Virus record (IMG/VR): IMGVR_UViG_3300046517_000890
Coordinates: 2,004-66,003 of that record
Length of the DNA: 64,000 nt
Direction: 5' to 3' (one strand)
Origin: a virus
Lineage: Duplodnaviria; Caudoviricetes
Position 1 is the stretch's first letter. Each line of letters begins with the position of its first letter. Both the position numbers and the translations under genes were made by a program. This document shows, piece after piece, positions 18,588 to 27,512 of the stretch. The notes below the pieces were generated by a model, which saw only the letters and a list, made by a program, of their open reading frames with translations, had not been told where the DNA came from and did no database searches.

Positions 18588-18783
18588 CTAGTTGACGGTG
18601 AGACCCTCGCCGGCGATGCCGTCGAGGATCGGTTGCAGGTAGCGGGGCTCGACCGCGTAAGCGCGTCCCAGGCGCTGCGCGTCATCGGGCAGATGGACCT
18701 GGCACCACTCCTTCGCCTCGTGCGAGACGGGCAGGAGCAGGCTGATGCGAGAGCGTGAAGTCCATGAGCAGGGCGTCGTTCAT
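18588..18783 (-). pseudogene. Frameshifted small phage gene
   Basis: MNDALLMDFTLSH in one frame; ISLLLPVSHEAKEWCQVHLPDDAQRLGRAYAVEPRYLQPILDGIAGEGLTVN in +1 frame; span 196 nt. Confidence 0.6.
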
Positions 18784-19022
18784 TTGACCTCCGGTACGTG
18801 AAGGGACCGCATCAGGACACGGTGGCGTTGCTTGGCGCGCTCGATGTCGAGGTAGCGGAAATAATCAATTCGATCGCATTCGTCGGTGCCGTTCTTCGCC
18901 TTTCTGTCGAAGGTGTACATGGCACCGGCAACGCGCCCACGTTCGCTTGAGCGATCGCTATTGCTGCCGAAGAGGCGCAACCAGATGAGCTGGTCTTCCA
19001 TCAGTGGGCTGGCAGACTTCAT
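18780..19022 (-). CDS. Hypothetical protein
   Basis: GGAG RBS, operon context. Confidence 0.55.
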   Translation of the reverse strand: MKSASPLMEDQLIWLRLFGSNSDRSSERGRVAGAMYTFDRKAKNGTDECDRIDYFRYLDIERAKQRHRVLMRSLHVPEVK

Positions 19023-19032
19023 TCGGTCTCCT

Positions 19033-19269
19033 TCAGAGGTAGTACGCGAAGCGCACCGGCAGGCCCTGCGCAGCCGCCTGCCCGATCGCGTTCTGGTTCC
19101 AGAGATTTACCAGCCGCAGAGCGTCCGCCTCGCCAACACTGCCGTCCGGGTATTGGAAGATTCCCAGGCGACCGGCCTCGTTGCGGTGCAGGTGATCCGC
19201 GAACTTGCGGCGCTCCTGGGAGTACACGTGGCCGTTCTGATAGATCACAAGCATGTACGACTGCGCCAT
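19033..19269 (-). CDS. Hypothetical protein
   Basis: GGAGG RBS, MAQSYMLVIYQNG. Confidence 0.6.
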   Translation of the reverse strand: MAQSYMLVIYQNGHVYSQERRKFADHLHRNEAGRLGIFQYPDGSVGEADALRLVNLWNQNAIGQAAAQGLPVRFAYYL

Positions 19270-19733
19270 CACGCCACCTCCTTCGGAAGTTGTGATTCGA
19301 GGCGCCCCATGTGCTCGTCGAAGCAGAGGCCGCCCTCGACGATGGCGCAGCCGAGGTGCCCGTACTTGCACGGATGCACACGCTGCTCGTGCTGCGATTC
19401 GAGCCGCTCGATTGCCTTCCTGACGGCGGTGAGCTTCTCGCACTTGTGCTGGTGCAGGCGCCCTGCGCTGACGTGCTGGCCGCAGCCGCAGATGGCGATG
19501 ACGCGGTGACCGTTGCGCTTGCCGCGCCGTAGCCTCTGGCCGAACAGCGGATTGCCGCGCACCGGCCTCTCGCCGATCAGCGGCTTGACGTACACCCGCA
19601 CGCCCTGGATCAGGCGTTCGGGCATCCCTTCGACCGGCAGACGGCCACCGCGAGGCAGGCCGAGCAGCTCGTGCATGTCCCAGTTATCGGCATACCAGGT
19701 CGGGCGGGTGGGCTTGCTGATGCGAGCTTTCAT
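19269..19733 (-). CDS. Hypothetical Zn-binding protein, first gene of second early operon
   Basis: HRVIAICGCGQHVSAGRLHQHKC; CKYGHLGC. Confidence 0.7.
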   Translation of the reverse strand: MKARISKPTRPTWYADNWDMHELLGLPRGGRLPVEGMPERLIQGVRVYVKPLIGERPVRGNPLFGQRLRRGKRNGHRVIAICGCGQHVSAGRLHQHKCEKLTAVRKAIERLESQHEQRVHPCKYGHLGCAIVEGGLCFDEHMGRLESQLPKEVA

Positions 19734-19820
19734 CCAGCTCTCCTTTCGTAGCCCCGCTCCTTGCGAGGGGGCTTTCGCTTCCGGGGTCGTCCCGGCCCGT
19801 ACTGCCCTGCAACTGCTGGA
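19734..19820 (-). promoter_or_regulatory. Two-hairpin 5' leader element, copy A
   Basis: Minus strand CCGGG-acgac-CCCGG aagc GAAAGCCCCCTCGCAAGGAGCGGGGCTAC gaaagga; closed by TCCAGC/GCTGGA. Confidence 0.5.
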
Positions 19821-19825
19821 CCCAT

Positions 19826-19856
19826 AGTATAACACGAAACGTGGTGGTCTTGTCAA
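19826..19856 (-). promoter_or_regulatory. Leftward promoter with operator
   Basis: Minus strand TTGACA ... TG-T-TATACT (extended -10); CACGAAACGTG 19833-19843. Confidence 0.75.
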
Positions 19857-19943
19857 GTACATTAACTTTCAATGACTTAGGATTCGGCAATCAATGGCCT
19901 GATTATTCGTCAGAAAGTCGCTGCATTTATCTGACGAAACCCC

Positions 19944-19972
19944 TTGACGCGGTCAACACGAGTCGTGATAAT
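19944..19972 (+). promoter_or_regulatory. Late operon promoter with operator
   Basis: TTGACG-17-GATAAT; CACGAGTCGTG 19957-19967. Confidence 0.75.
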
Positions 19973-20146
19973 GCGTACCACAAGAATAACAATCCGTCTC
20001 ATCGTGAAGATGGGACAGTTGCGTCAAACGAATTGCCGGGGCGCCCGAGCCGGGCTCTCCTCCTTGAGAAAGTCTAGTAGTTCCCCCGTCCCTCCGAGTG
20101 CGGCGCTGCATCACGCAGCCGCCCCGGCATACCTATGTGAGGCCGC

Positions 20147-20452
20147 ATGGCATTCCTGTACATCGAGGAGTTCGATCAGTTGATGGTGGCGAGCCACGAT
20201 GCGCTCGCAGTAGGGCGCCAGCCCTCGCTCGCCAGGCAGCAGATCGCCATCGCGGTCGGCTCGACGCAGAGCGCCAAGTTCCAGGCGAAAACACGCTTCG
20301 TGCGGCTGCATGCCGACGCGATCTGCTCGTACAAGTTCGGCGACAACCCGACTGCCGCGGCGACCGACTCTCGCCTGGCGGCAGGCGCGACCGAGTATTT
20401 CGGCGTCGAGCCCGGCGGCAACATGATCGTCGCCAACATCCAGAACACGTGA
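20147..20452 (+). CDS. Hypothetical (possible virion beta-sandwich) protein
   Basis: GAGG RBS; TRFVRLHADAICS, ATEYFGV. Confidence 0.7.
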   Translation: MAFLYIEEFDQLMVASHDALAVGRQPSLARQQIAIAVGSTQSAKFQAKTRFVRLHADAICSYKFGDNPTAAATDSRLAAGATEYFGVEPGGNMIVANIQNT

Positions 20453-20459
20453 GGATCAC

Positions 20460-21014
20460 ATGGTAGGCATGCTCACCACCGGCCCTGCTTCTCCAGCCGC
20501 GGACCAGCTCTCGAATCTCCTGGCCGCGCTCGCCGATCCTGCGCGCACGAAGCAGGCGATCGCCGATCTGCGCGCGGCCGAGACGGCCGCCAATGCAGCG
20601 CAATCCAAGGCGGCGGACGACGCGAAGCGGAACACCGACCTCGAAGACGAGCTGAAGAAGACCGCCGACAAGCTCCAGTCGGGACTCGACAACCTGGTGA
20701 CGCGCGCCAGCGATCTGGATACGCGCGAAGGCGCGCTCAAGGGTCGCGAGGACGCGATTGCGCACGGGCAGTCCGCTCTCGAAGCGGATACCGCGCGCCT
20801 GAACCAGCGGCACGAGCAGCGCATGGCCGAGCTGGATGCGCGCGAGAAAGCGATGAATGACGCGCAGGCCGCTCACGAGACCGACATGACAGCACGCGAG
20901 CAGACTGCCGCGGAGCGCGAGGCCGGTGCGAAGGCGACGATGGATCAGGCACTCGCTCTAAAGGCGGACTTCGAGGCGCGTGCCGCGAAGCTCACCCAGG
21001 CGATCGCGTCTTGA
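20460..21014 (+). CDS. Coiled-coil protein
   Basis: A/E/R-rich heptads. Confidence 0.7.
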   Translation: MVGMLTTGPASPAADQLSNLLAALADPARTKQAIADLRAAETAANAAQSKAADDAKRNTDLEDELKKTADKLQSGLDNLVTRASDLDTREGALKGREDAIAHGQSALEADTARLNQRHEQRMAELDAREKAMNDAQAAHETDMTAREQTAAEREAGAKATMDQALALKADFEARAAKLTQAIAS

Positions 21015-21382
21015 GCAAGATCGCCTACGCCAACTCCAACCGCGTCGGACGGATCAACGTCCTCTACGACGTGATCCGCGACGAGCGGCCGATGATCGCA
21101 GCCCTGATGGCGCTGTGCGTCGTCCTCGAATGCGAGGACCACGAGTCGGGTCAAGGCAAGACCTACGTCTGCGCTAGCGAGCTGTTCCAGCCGCTGAACG
21201 AGGGCGACGAGATACCGGAGTACCGGCTCGAATTCGTGTACGACCAGCCCTTCGAGCTGCCCGAGCGCGAGGCCGCGAGGACCAACAGCGGCAAGTTCGG
21301 CTTCGTCGCCATCCGCAAGACCATTATCCGCGCGCCGTTGCTGTCCATCGGCGCACGCGCCCAATCCCCGGTGATGCACTGA
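21011..21382 (+). CDS. Hypothetical protein
   Basis: TTGA-coupled; FQPLNEGDEIPEY. Confidence 0.7.
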   Translation: MSKIAYANSNRVGRINVLYDVIRDERPMIAALMALCVVLECEDHESGQGKTYVCASELFQPLNEGDEIPEYRLEFVYDQPFELPEREAARTNSGKFGFVAIRKTIIRAPLLSIGARAQSPVMH

Positions 21383-21690
21383 TGGGCACGCTGGAGCATA
21401 CCGTCACCGTCGAGGGCGGCCAGTACAAGAACAAGCAGACCGGCGAGGTGGTGAAGGCCACCCGCTGGCAGAAGGATGGCGATCACCCGCTCGTGGTGCG
21501 CTACCCGATCGAGCGGCGCGAGTACAAGGGGCTGCTCGAAGTCTCCCCGAAGGAAAAGCACACGCTCGTCTATGGCGACTGGGTCGTCGAGACGGAAAGC
21601 GACATCTATGTCGTGCCGGCCGGCAAGTTCGGCTCGGTCTACGAGGAGGTGAAGCAAGACGCCGCGGAAGCGGCCCCGATAGCGGCGTAG
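21382..21690 (+). CDS. Hypothetical protein (PGDYG-like)
   Basis: ATRWQKDGDHP...YGDWVV...F..VYE. Confidence 0.7.
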   Translation: MGTLEHTVTVEGGQYKNKQTGEVVKATRWQKDGDHPLVVRYPIERREYKGLLEVSPKEKHTLVYGDWVVETESDIYVVPAGKFGSVYEEVKQDAAEAAPIAA

Positions 21691-21700
21691 AGGAGAGCAC

Positions 21701-22150
21701 ATGGTCACGCATCTGATGTACTACCGGGCGCTCCTCGGGCAGTGGAACGGTCTTGCGAACTCCGTGTTCGATCTGGACACCGACACCATCAAGCTCGCCG
21801 CGATCACGAACACGTACACGGTCAACCAGGACACCGACGAATTCTTCAATACGCCAGCCACCAACGAGGTGAGCGGGACGAACTACACGGCCGGCGGCGC
21901 GACACTCACGAGCCCGACCGTATCGCGCACCACCGGCACAGTTACCTTCGACGCCGCAGACGTGGTCTGGACGCAGAGTGCCGGCGGCTTCTCGAACGCG
22001 CGCAAGTTCCCGATCTATCGCTCGACCGGCGTGAGCACGACCTCGAAGCTCTACAGCGTCATCACCGCCGACAACGACGTGGGCAACGTCACTGGCGACC
22101 TTACGATCCAGTTCAACGCGAGCGGAATCTCGCAGTGGAGCACGACGTAG
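21701..22150 (+). CDS. Virion structural protein
   Basis: DTIKLA, NEVSGTNYTAGGATL, TFDAADVVW, LTIQFNASGI pattern of phage structural family. Confidence 0.75.
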   Translation: MVTHLMYYRALLGQWNGLANSVFDLDTDTIKLAAITNTYTVNQDTDEFFNTPATNEVSGTNYTAGGATLTSPTVSRTTGTVTFDAADVVWTQSAGGFSNARKFPIYRSTGVSTTSKLYSVITADNDVGNVTGDLTIQFNASGISQWSTT

Positions 22151-22157
22151 GACTGTA

Positions 22158-23582
22158 GTGAGTTACAGCACCAGCTTTCCGGGTACGGCGAACCCGCTAC
22201 GAGAGGCTGTCGCCGGACTCAACGTCTGGTTGGATGGCGCTGCTGACGCGACAAGCTGGACGGACTGTCAGACTGGAGCACTAGCCGGCGGCGGCAATGG
22301 CGCCTTCGGCACGCAGGTTCCTGGCGGCTTCGATGACTCGACCGGGATCATCAATCCGGCGTACCAGCAGTTCTCACCGGATCAGGAAGTCACGATTGTC
22401 CTAAGCTCTTCTGGCTCTCCGAACGCGCGCGAGGTCGAGATCAGGCTACGCAGCCAGCTCGATCTTGCGCCGACTGGCGGCAACAACCGCGGATACGAGA
22501 TTGACCTGCTAGACAGCAACCAGATTTCCCTGGTGATTTGGCTGGGCGCACTCGGGAGCTTCGCCTTCCTCGGAGGCTTCAACGGATTCTCGACCGCCGG
22601 CATGGACATGGCCGACGGGACGATCTGGTATGCCAGCATCATCGGGACGGTCATCACGGTCAAATGCACTCCGATCTCGACCGGCATCACGACGACGATC
22701 CTGACATACGACACGGCGAACGACGACGTTATCTGGACGCGCGGCCAGCCGGGGATCGGCTTCTTCGCAAACTCCGGCGCGACGGCGAGTAACACCTTCG
22801 GGATCAAGAGTTTCGTTGCAAATTCTCTGGGCGATACTACAGTCCCGAGGGTCGTGCAGTCCGCCTACATCCACGACGACACGACGACGCTCGGAACGAT
22901 AGCCAACACGTTGTCTGGGGTCGCCCCAGGCTCTGTTCTGATCGCACACGTTGGTTGGGACAACAGCAACGGTGCGACATGCACGACATCCGATGGCAGC
23001 AACTACACCTCTAATCCAGAGGGAAAGATTGTTGACACGACGGACACGGAAGCAAGCCAGCTATTCCGCCTAGAGAACGCCGCACAGGGTAGCCACCTAA
23101 TCACCGCGACGTTTTCGGTGGCTGCTACAGCGCGGCGCATGCGAATCTACGAAGTGTCCGGAGTGCGTACCTCTGGTGCGTTCGACCAGGGCGCAGGATT
23201 GTTTCAATCCTCTCCAGGGACTGGAGCCGACGGAGTTTCGTCCAGCGCGACTTCTGCCACCGCGAACCCGAACGACATCGTGTTGGGATTTTCTCAGGAT
23301 AGCGGTGAGCTTGAGCCCGGAACTGGCACTCTTTCCGCGGGAACTGGATTCACTCTGTGTGGGCCGGCGAACCTCATTCTGGCTGCCGAGCAAAAGAATG
23401 TCAGCTCGACAGGGGCGCAGACAGCGACATTCACTCAGAACACGAACCATGCGCGTGTCACGCATGTTTTGGCTCTGAAACGCTCCCTGGATTCCAATTT
23501 TTCTCCAGCCGGCGTGAAGTATGACTATTCGGGTTTCCCGAAGCAGATGCTGGCCAACCGTTTTCAGGGAGTTCAGGCGTGA
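22158..23582 (+). CDS. Putative virion fiber/adhesin (two beta-rich domains)
   Basis: G/S/T-rich, lectin-like N-half, atypical codon usage. Confidence 0.65.
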   Translation: MSYSTSFPGTANPLREAVAGLNVWLDGAADATSWTDCQTGALAGGGNGAFGTQVPGGFDDSTGIINPAYQQFSPDQEVTIVLSSSGSPNAREVEIRLRSQLDLAPTGGNNRGYEIDLLDSNQISLVIWLGALGSFAFLGGFNGFSTAGMDMADGTIWYASIIGTVITVKCTPISTGITTTILTYDTANDDVIWTRGQPGIGFFANSGATASNTFGIKSFVANSLGDTTVPRVVQSAYIHDDTTTLGTIANTLSGVAPGSVLIAHVGWDNSNGATCTTSDGSNYTSNPEGKIVDTTDTEASQLFRLENAAQGSHLITATFSVAATARRMRIYEVSGVRTSGAFDQGAGLFQSSPGTGADGVSSSATSATANPNDIVLGFSQDSGELEPGTGTLSAGTGFTLCGPANLILAAEQKNVSSTGAQTATFTQNTNHARVTHVLALKRSLDSNFSPAGVKYDYSGFPKQMLANRFQGVQA

Positions 23583-24499
23583 TCTATCTACCGAACACGA
23601 CTGACTCTTTGGATGTTGTAACGAGCGCTGCGGCGACTGTCGATGTCAACGCCAACTTTATCGAGGCCGCAGCCTCTGGCCTGACTGCCCCCACGGGCGG
23701 CCGTCAGAACACCGCGATCTCGACCGCGACCACCACGACGGTGCTGAGCGCTCCTGGATCGACTCTGACGCGCACGTTGAAGCAGATGACCATCCGAAAT
23801 AAGGATGCATCGAACCAGACGGATGTGACCGTTCGTTACAACCAGAACGGCTCAGCCTTCGAGCTGCACAAGGAAACGCTGCTCCCAGGCTACGCCCTGA
23901 TCTACATTGAGGGTATCGGATTCTTCCTCATCAAGCCGGGCCTGAACGACAACCGGCTGATAACGTCGTTCGAGCAGAGCACAGGACAGCGAGCAGTGCG
24001 CTCCGCCCTCGCTGCGCACGGCGTTATCCACACGTTCCTGACGATCTCCGGTACCGCGTACTACGTGTACATGGGCCGAGCAACGCAGGACGTGACGATC
24101 AAGTTCGTCGAGTTTCAGATTACGACGGCCGGGGCTGGCACGGATACGAAGGAGGTGGGGCTGTTCTCTACGCCATCCGCGCCGAATAAGTCCAACCAGA
24201 CTCTGACGAAGATCGTCGCTACCGGCACAGTGGATGCAGGCACCTCGACCGGCGTGAAGCGCAATACCGCGTCGTTTGCGCAGCTCATCACCAAGGGCAC
24301 GCACCTCTGGGCCGCCTTCCGCGGAGCCTTGAGCACCACGCAGATCACCACTGGTGGCCTTGCTGGTGACATGGCGGAGGGCGAGATTCTTACCACGACA
24401 GGCGGCGGTGCTCTGACCGGACTCACGACCGCTTCTGGGGTCGTTCCATCCGTCGTTGCGGTAACTCTGGCTCCTGATCTCGCGATCACGCAGGACTGA
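23579..24499 (+). CDS. Putative virion structural protein
   Basis: T-rich beta protein, coupled ORF. Confidence 0.7.
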   Translation: MIYLPNTTDSLDVVTSAAATVDVNANFIEAAASGLTAPTGGRQNTAISTATTTTVLSAPGSTLTRTLKQMTIRNKDASNQTDVTVRYNQNGSAFELHKETLLPGYALIYIEGIGFFLIKPGLNDNRLITSFEQSTGQRAVRSALAAHGVIHTFLTISGTAYYVYMGRATQDVTIKFVEFQITTAGAGTDTKEVGLFSTPSAPNKSNQTLTKIVATGTVDAGTSTGVKRNTASFAQLITKGTHLWAAFRGALSTTQITTGGLAGDMAEGEILTTTGGGALTGLTTASGVVPSVVAVTLAPDLAITQD

Positions 24500-25227
24500 T
24501 GTCTTCGCAGGTTTTCGACCAGGAGGCTGCTCCTGGTGGATGGTTTGATGCGGAGGTAGCAGGTGGCTGGTTCGATCGCGACATCTTCGCGACCGTCGCC
24601 GCCAACACAGTCTTCCCGCCGCTCGCGACACACACGTACACGGGACTGACGCCCAAGGTTCAGGTGCGCGTCATGCCAGGGCTTGCAACGCACACCTATA
24701 CGGCGAATACACCGCAGGTGCGCGTCAAGGTCATGCCGGCGCAGGTGACTCACACGTACACGGCGAAGACGCCGAGCATCCCGGAGAAGGTGCAGCCTGG
24801 ACTCGCGACGCACACGTACACCGGGAAGACGCCGCAGGTAAAGATGCCTGTCTTCGCGACGCTCGCGACGCATACATATAGTGCGCTGTCGCCGCAGGTG
24901 AGCACGAAGGTGCAGTCAGGGCTGGCGACGCACACGTACTCCGGCTTGGTGCCGACGATTGTGAGCGCGGCGAACACCATCACGCCGCCGAGCGCCACGC
25001 ATGTCTACAACCCGCAGACGCCGCAAGCTCGCGTCAGCGTGAATCCTGGCGTTACGACACACACGTACACCGCTCTCGTCCCGAAGGCGAATACACGAGT
25101 GGCGCCAGGGGTGGCACAGCATTTCTATAGCGCGAAAGCGCCAAGCATTTCCGGCAGTACGCCGGCAGCGAGCGCAGTCCAGGGCGCGCTCTTCATCCAC
25201 AACGTCGGCCGGCTGATGAGCCGGTAA
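24499..25227 (+). CDS. Repeat-rich putative fiber protein
   Basis: About 9 copies of a ~21-aa PGLATHTYTGxTPQV repeat; N-terminal GGWFD x2. Confidence 0.75.
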   Translation: MSSQVFDQEAAPGGWFDAEVAGGWFDRDIFATVAANTVFPPLATHTYTGLTPKVQVRVMPGLATHTYTANTPQVRVKVMPAQVTHTYTAKTPSIPEKVQPGLATHTYTGKTPQVKMPVFATLATHTYSALSPQVSTKVQSGLATHTYSGLVPTIVSAANTITPPSATHVYNPQTPQARVSVNPGVTTHTYTALVPKANTRVAPGVAQHFYSAKAPSISGSTPAASAVQGALFIHNVGRLMSR

Positions 25228-25236
25228 GGAGACTCG

Positions 25237-25557
25237 ATGCGCACTCTCGTGTTGATCCTCGCAGGGCTTCTCGTCGGACTTCGGCTCTTCACGCTCTCGA
25301 TGCCGGCGCACGCCGAAGTCGTTGCAGTCGCGCCTTCGCATAACGGTGACATCCCAGCGACGACACTCCTCACCGACGAGCCGTGCAAGCTCGATGCGGT
25401 CACGAATCTGAAGTATCGCGCTATCTGGCAGGAGCAGGGCAAGCCAGCCCTCGAAGGCTGCTACGGACGTAGCGGGTTCGTCATCGTCATCTACTTCTCG
25501 GACAAGACGGTTGTGCCTGCACTGATCCAACAATTTCACAGGCCCGACAGCATCTGA
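25237..25557 (+). CDS. Secreted/periplasmic hypothetical protein
   Basis: Signal peptide, AAGGAG RBS. Confidence 0.65.
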   Translation: MRTLVLILAGLLVGLRLFTLSMPAHAEVVAVAPSHNGDIPATTLLTDEPCKLDAVTNLKYRAIWQEQGKPALEGCYGRSGFVIVIYFSDKTVVPALIQQFHRPDSI

Positions 25558-25997
25558 TGGAGCTAGTAGTCCAGCGCGAGCCCTCGCTCAAGAACTGCAC
25601 GCTCGGCAAGCTCACCGTCAACGGCGAGCCCGAGTGCGAAACGCTGGAGGACGTGATCCGCGAGCAGGCGGGCGTCCCGGTTGCGAAGTGGAAAATCCAG
25701 GACCAGACGGCGATTTCCGCCGGCCGGTACCGCCTCATCATCACGTACTCGCCGCACTTCCACCGCGACATGCCGCTCCTCGTGGGCGTGCCCGGGTTCA
25801 TGGACGTGCGCGTCCACAACGGCAACACCGCCAAGGACACCGACGGCTGCGTGCTCGTCGGGCGCAAGCGCAACGGCGAATCCGTCTACGAATCCATCCT
25901 CGCGTTCGAGGCGCTCTTCGGCAAGATCGAGGACGCGATCGAGAGCGGGGAAGAAGTGTGGATCACCCTCACCAACCCTGAAAAGGAAAGCGCATGA
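25557..25997 (+). CDS. DUF5675 family putative endolysin
   Basis: TLGKL, CETLED, TAISAGRY, VRVHNGNTAKDTDGCVLVG. Confidence 0.82.
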   Translation: MELVVQREPSLKNCTLGKLTVNGEPECETLEDVIREQAGVPVAKWKIQDQTAISAGRYRLIITYSPHFHRDMPLLVGVPGFMDVRVHNGNTAKDTDGCVLVGRKRNGESVYESILAFEALFGKIEDAIESGEEVWITLTNPEKESA

Positions 25998-26317
25998 CCG
26001 ATTCACCCGCAGTATCCGCGCTGGCAGTAGCCAGCGTCACCGCGGCGGCGATGACCGTCGCCACCCCGATGGTCCTCGCCTACGCGAAGGCGCACGGCGT
26101 CGAGTTCAGCTCCCCAGAGCAGGTGCAGGCGGTGGGCGTGCTGGTGGGCGCCGGCTTCGGCGCGGCGACGCAGCTCTTCGCGGCTGTCGGCAAGTCCCTC
26201 GTGGACGCCGTGGTGGCCGTCAACGAGGCCGTGGCCAACCGCGCCATGCAGGCGCTCGCGCTCGTCGGCGGCAAGAAGCCGGAGGCCGACATCGCTGTGC
26301 TGGGGCAGAAGTCGTGA
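25994..26317 (+). CDS. Putative holin/membrane protein
   Basis: Two hydrophobic segments, follows endolysin. Confidence 0.5.
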   Translation: MTDSPAVSALAVASVTAAAMTVATPMVLAYAKAHGVEFSSPEQVQAVGVLVGAGFGAATQLFAAVGKSLVDAVVAVNEAVANRAMQALALVGGKKPEADIAVLGQKS

Positions 26318-26730
26318 GGACACTCTCCGCGGCGATCCTCGCCGCAGTAGTGCTCTCGGGCTGCGGCCTGTTCCAGGCCTACCAGGCGCCAGTCTCGACC
26401 AAGGCTCCGGTGGTGTGCGAAGCCTTCACGGGCGACGCCGCCTCCGTGTGCGCACAGGCTGGCGACATCCTCGTCAAGGGCTACATCACGGTCGCCGCGA
26501 TCGATCAGGACATCAAGAAGACCGCGCCGACCGGCATCTGGACCAAGGCCCAGGCGCAGGACTACCTCGACCAGGCGAAGGAAGCCAGGAAGAAGCTCGA
26601 CGCGGCGTGGGACGTGTACGCCACCGGCAACTACCAGGCTGCTCTCGACCAGGCGAACGTGACCGATACGCTCATCACGGCGCTGGAGAAGAAGATTGCG
26701 GCTGACGCCGCTAAAGGGAAAACGCAATGA
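26314..26730 (+). CDS. Lipoprotein (possible spanin component)
   Basis: Lipobox VVLSGC after GTG start. Confidence 0.7.
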   Translation: MRTLSAAILAAVVLSGCGLFQAYQAPVSTKAPVVCEAFTGDAASVCAQAGDILVKGYITVAAIDQDIKKTAPTGIWTKAQAQDYLDQAKEARKKLDAAWDVYATGNYQAALDQANVTDTLITALEKKIAADAAKGKTQ

Positions 26731-26951
26731 CCGCAGCCGTCGCAGTCGCGCTGGTCGAACTGGCGCCCGTCATCGAGGCCTCGATCGAGGCCTACAAGAT
26801 TCTCCAGGACGCCAAGCCAATCCTGGACACCTACCGCGCGCAGGCTGCGCAGGGAGCAACCTTCGAGCAGATCGCCACCAGCATCCGTGCGCTGACGGTG
26901 ACCGCAGAGACCGACGCGCAGGCGGCGGTCGATAAGCTGCCCGCGGCGTAA
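26727..26951 (+). CDS. Hypothetical protein
   Basis: Coupled ORF. Confidence 0.6.
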   Translation: MTAAVAVALVELAPVIEASIEAYKILQDAKPILDTYRAQAAQGATFEQIATSIRALTVTAETDAQAAVDKLPAA

Positions 26952-26964
26952 AGCAGGTGGGCTC

Positions 26965-27087
26965 ATGGCCGCCATCTCTTTCGTGGTGGCGGCCTGGTCT
27001 TTTGTCCTTGGCGTTTGCTGCTTTCTGGTTTGCGCCTGCTCTCTCATCGTCGGCTTCATCCGAGCCGTCGTCGGCTTCATCGAGTGA
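26965..27087 (+). CDS. Small hydrophobic protein
   Basis: MAAISFVVAAWSFVLGVCCFLVCACSLIVGFIRAVVGFIE. Confidence 0.4.
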   Translation: MAAISFVVAAWSFVLGVCCFLVCACSLIVGFIRAVVGFIE

Positions 27088-27123
27088 GCGGCCAATGATC
27101 TTCGATCGGCGCAAGGGCGGCGT

Positions 27124-27345
27124 ATGGACGTGAGCCTGCTCACCCTGCTCTCGAAGCTCGAACCGTACACGCTCTTGTGGGTGCTCCCCACGCTCGGGTG
27201 CGCGTTCCTGGGCTACTTCATCATCTCCTCGCGTCGCGAGGACAGGCAGGACAGGCGCGCGATGCTGGAGGCGCTCGACAGGGTAACGGCGGCGCTGACC
27301 GGCGTGCAGCTCGAACTCGCAAGGCGTGCGGCGAGGCGCGGATGA
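27124..27345 (+). CDS. Single-TM holin-like protein
   Basis: One TM followed by charged helix. Confidence 0.55.
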   Translation: MDVSLLTLLSKLEPYTLLWVLPTLGCAFLGYFIISSRREDRQDRRAMLEALDRVTAALTGVQLELARRAARRG

Positions 27346-27512
27346 AGTTCTCCCGGTGGTTCCTGCGGGTGCTCTCGCCGATATGCGAGCGCGAGCGCAT
27401 GGAGATGCGCCTGGGGATTGCCAGGATGTCGGCCTTCGCCGACGACGTGAAACGAACCATCGAGAAGCGCCATGCCGTGGACACCAGAAGAGTTCAAGCG
27501 CAAGCACGCTAA
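27342..27512 (+). CDS. Hypothetical protein
   Basis: ATGA-coupled MKFSRWFL. Confidence 0.45.
   Translation: MKFSRWFLRVLSPICERERMEMRLGIARMSAFADDVKRTIEKRHAVDTRRVQAQAR

Noticed and set aside
19740-19812. Resemblance of leader A to a c-di-GMP-I riboswitch (CAGGGCA...GC.AAAGCC.CC...GCGGGG.UAC)
   Set aside because: No GNRA tetraloop/receptor pair or clear P1; kept only as an unassigned structured leader
20030-20130. tRNA or other known RNA gene
   Set aside because: No T-loop GTTCRA or cloverleaf recognised here or elsewhere by eye
24600-25140. Periodic ACGCACAC(G/C)TA repeats as a CRISPR array
   Set aside because: Degenerate in-frame coding repeats; no cas genes
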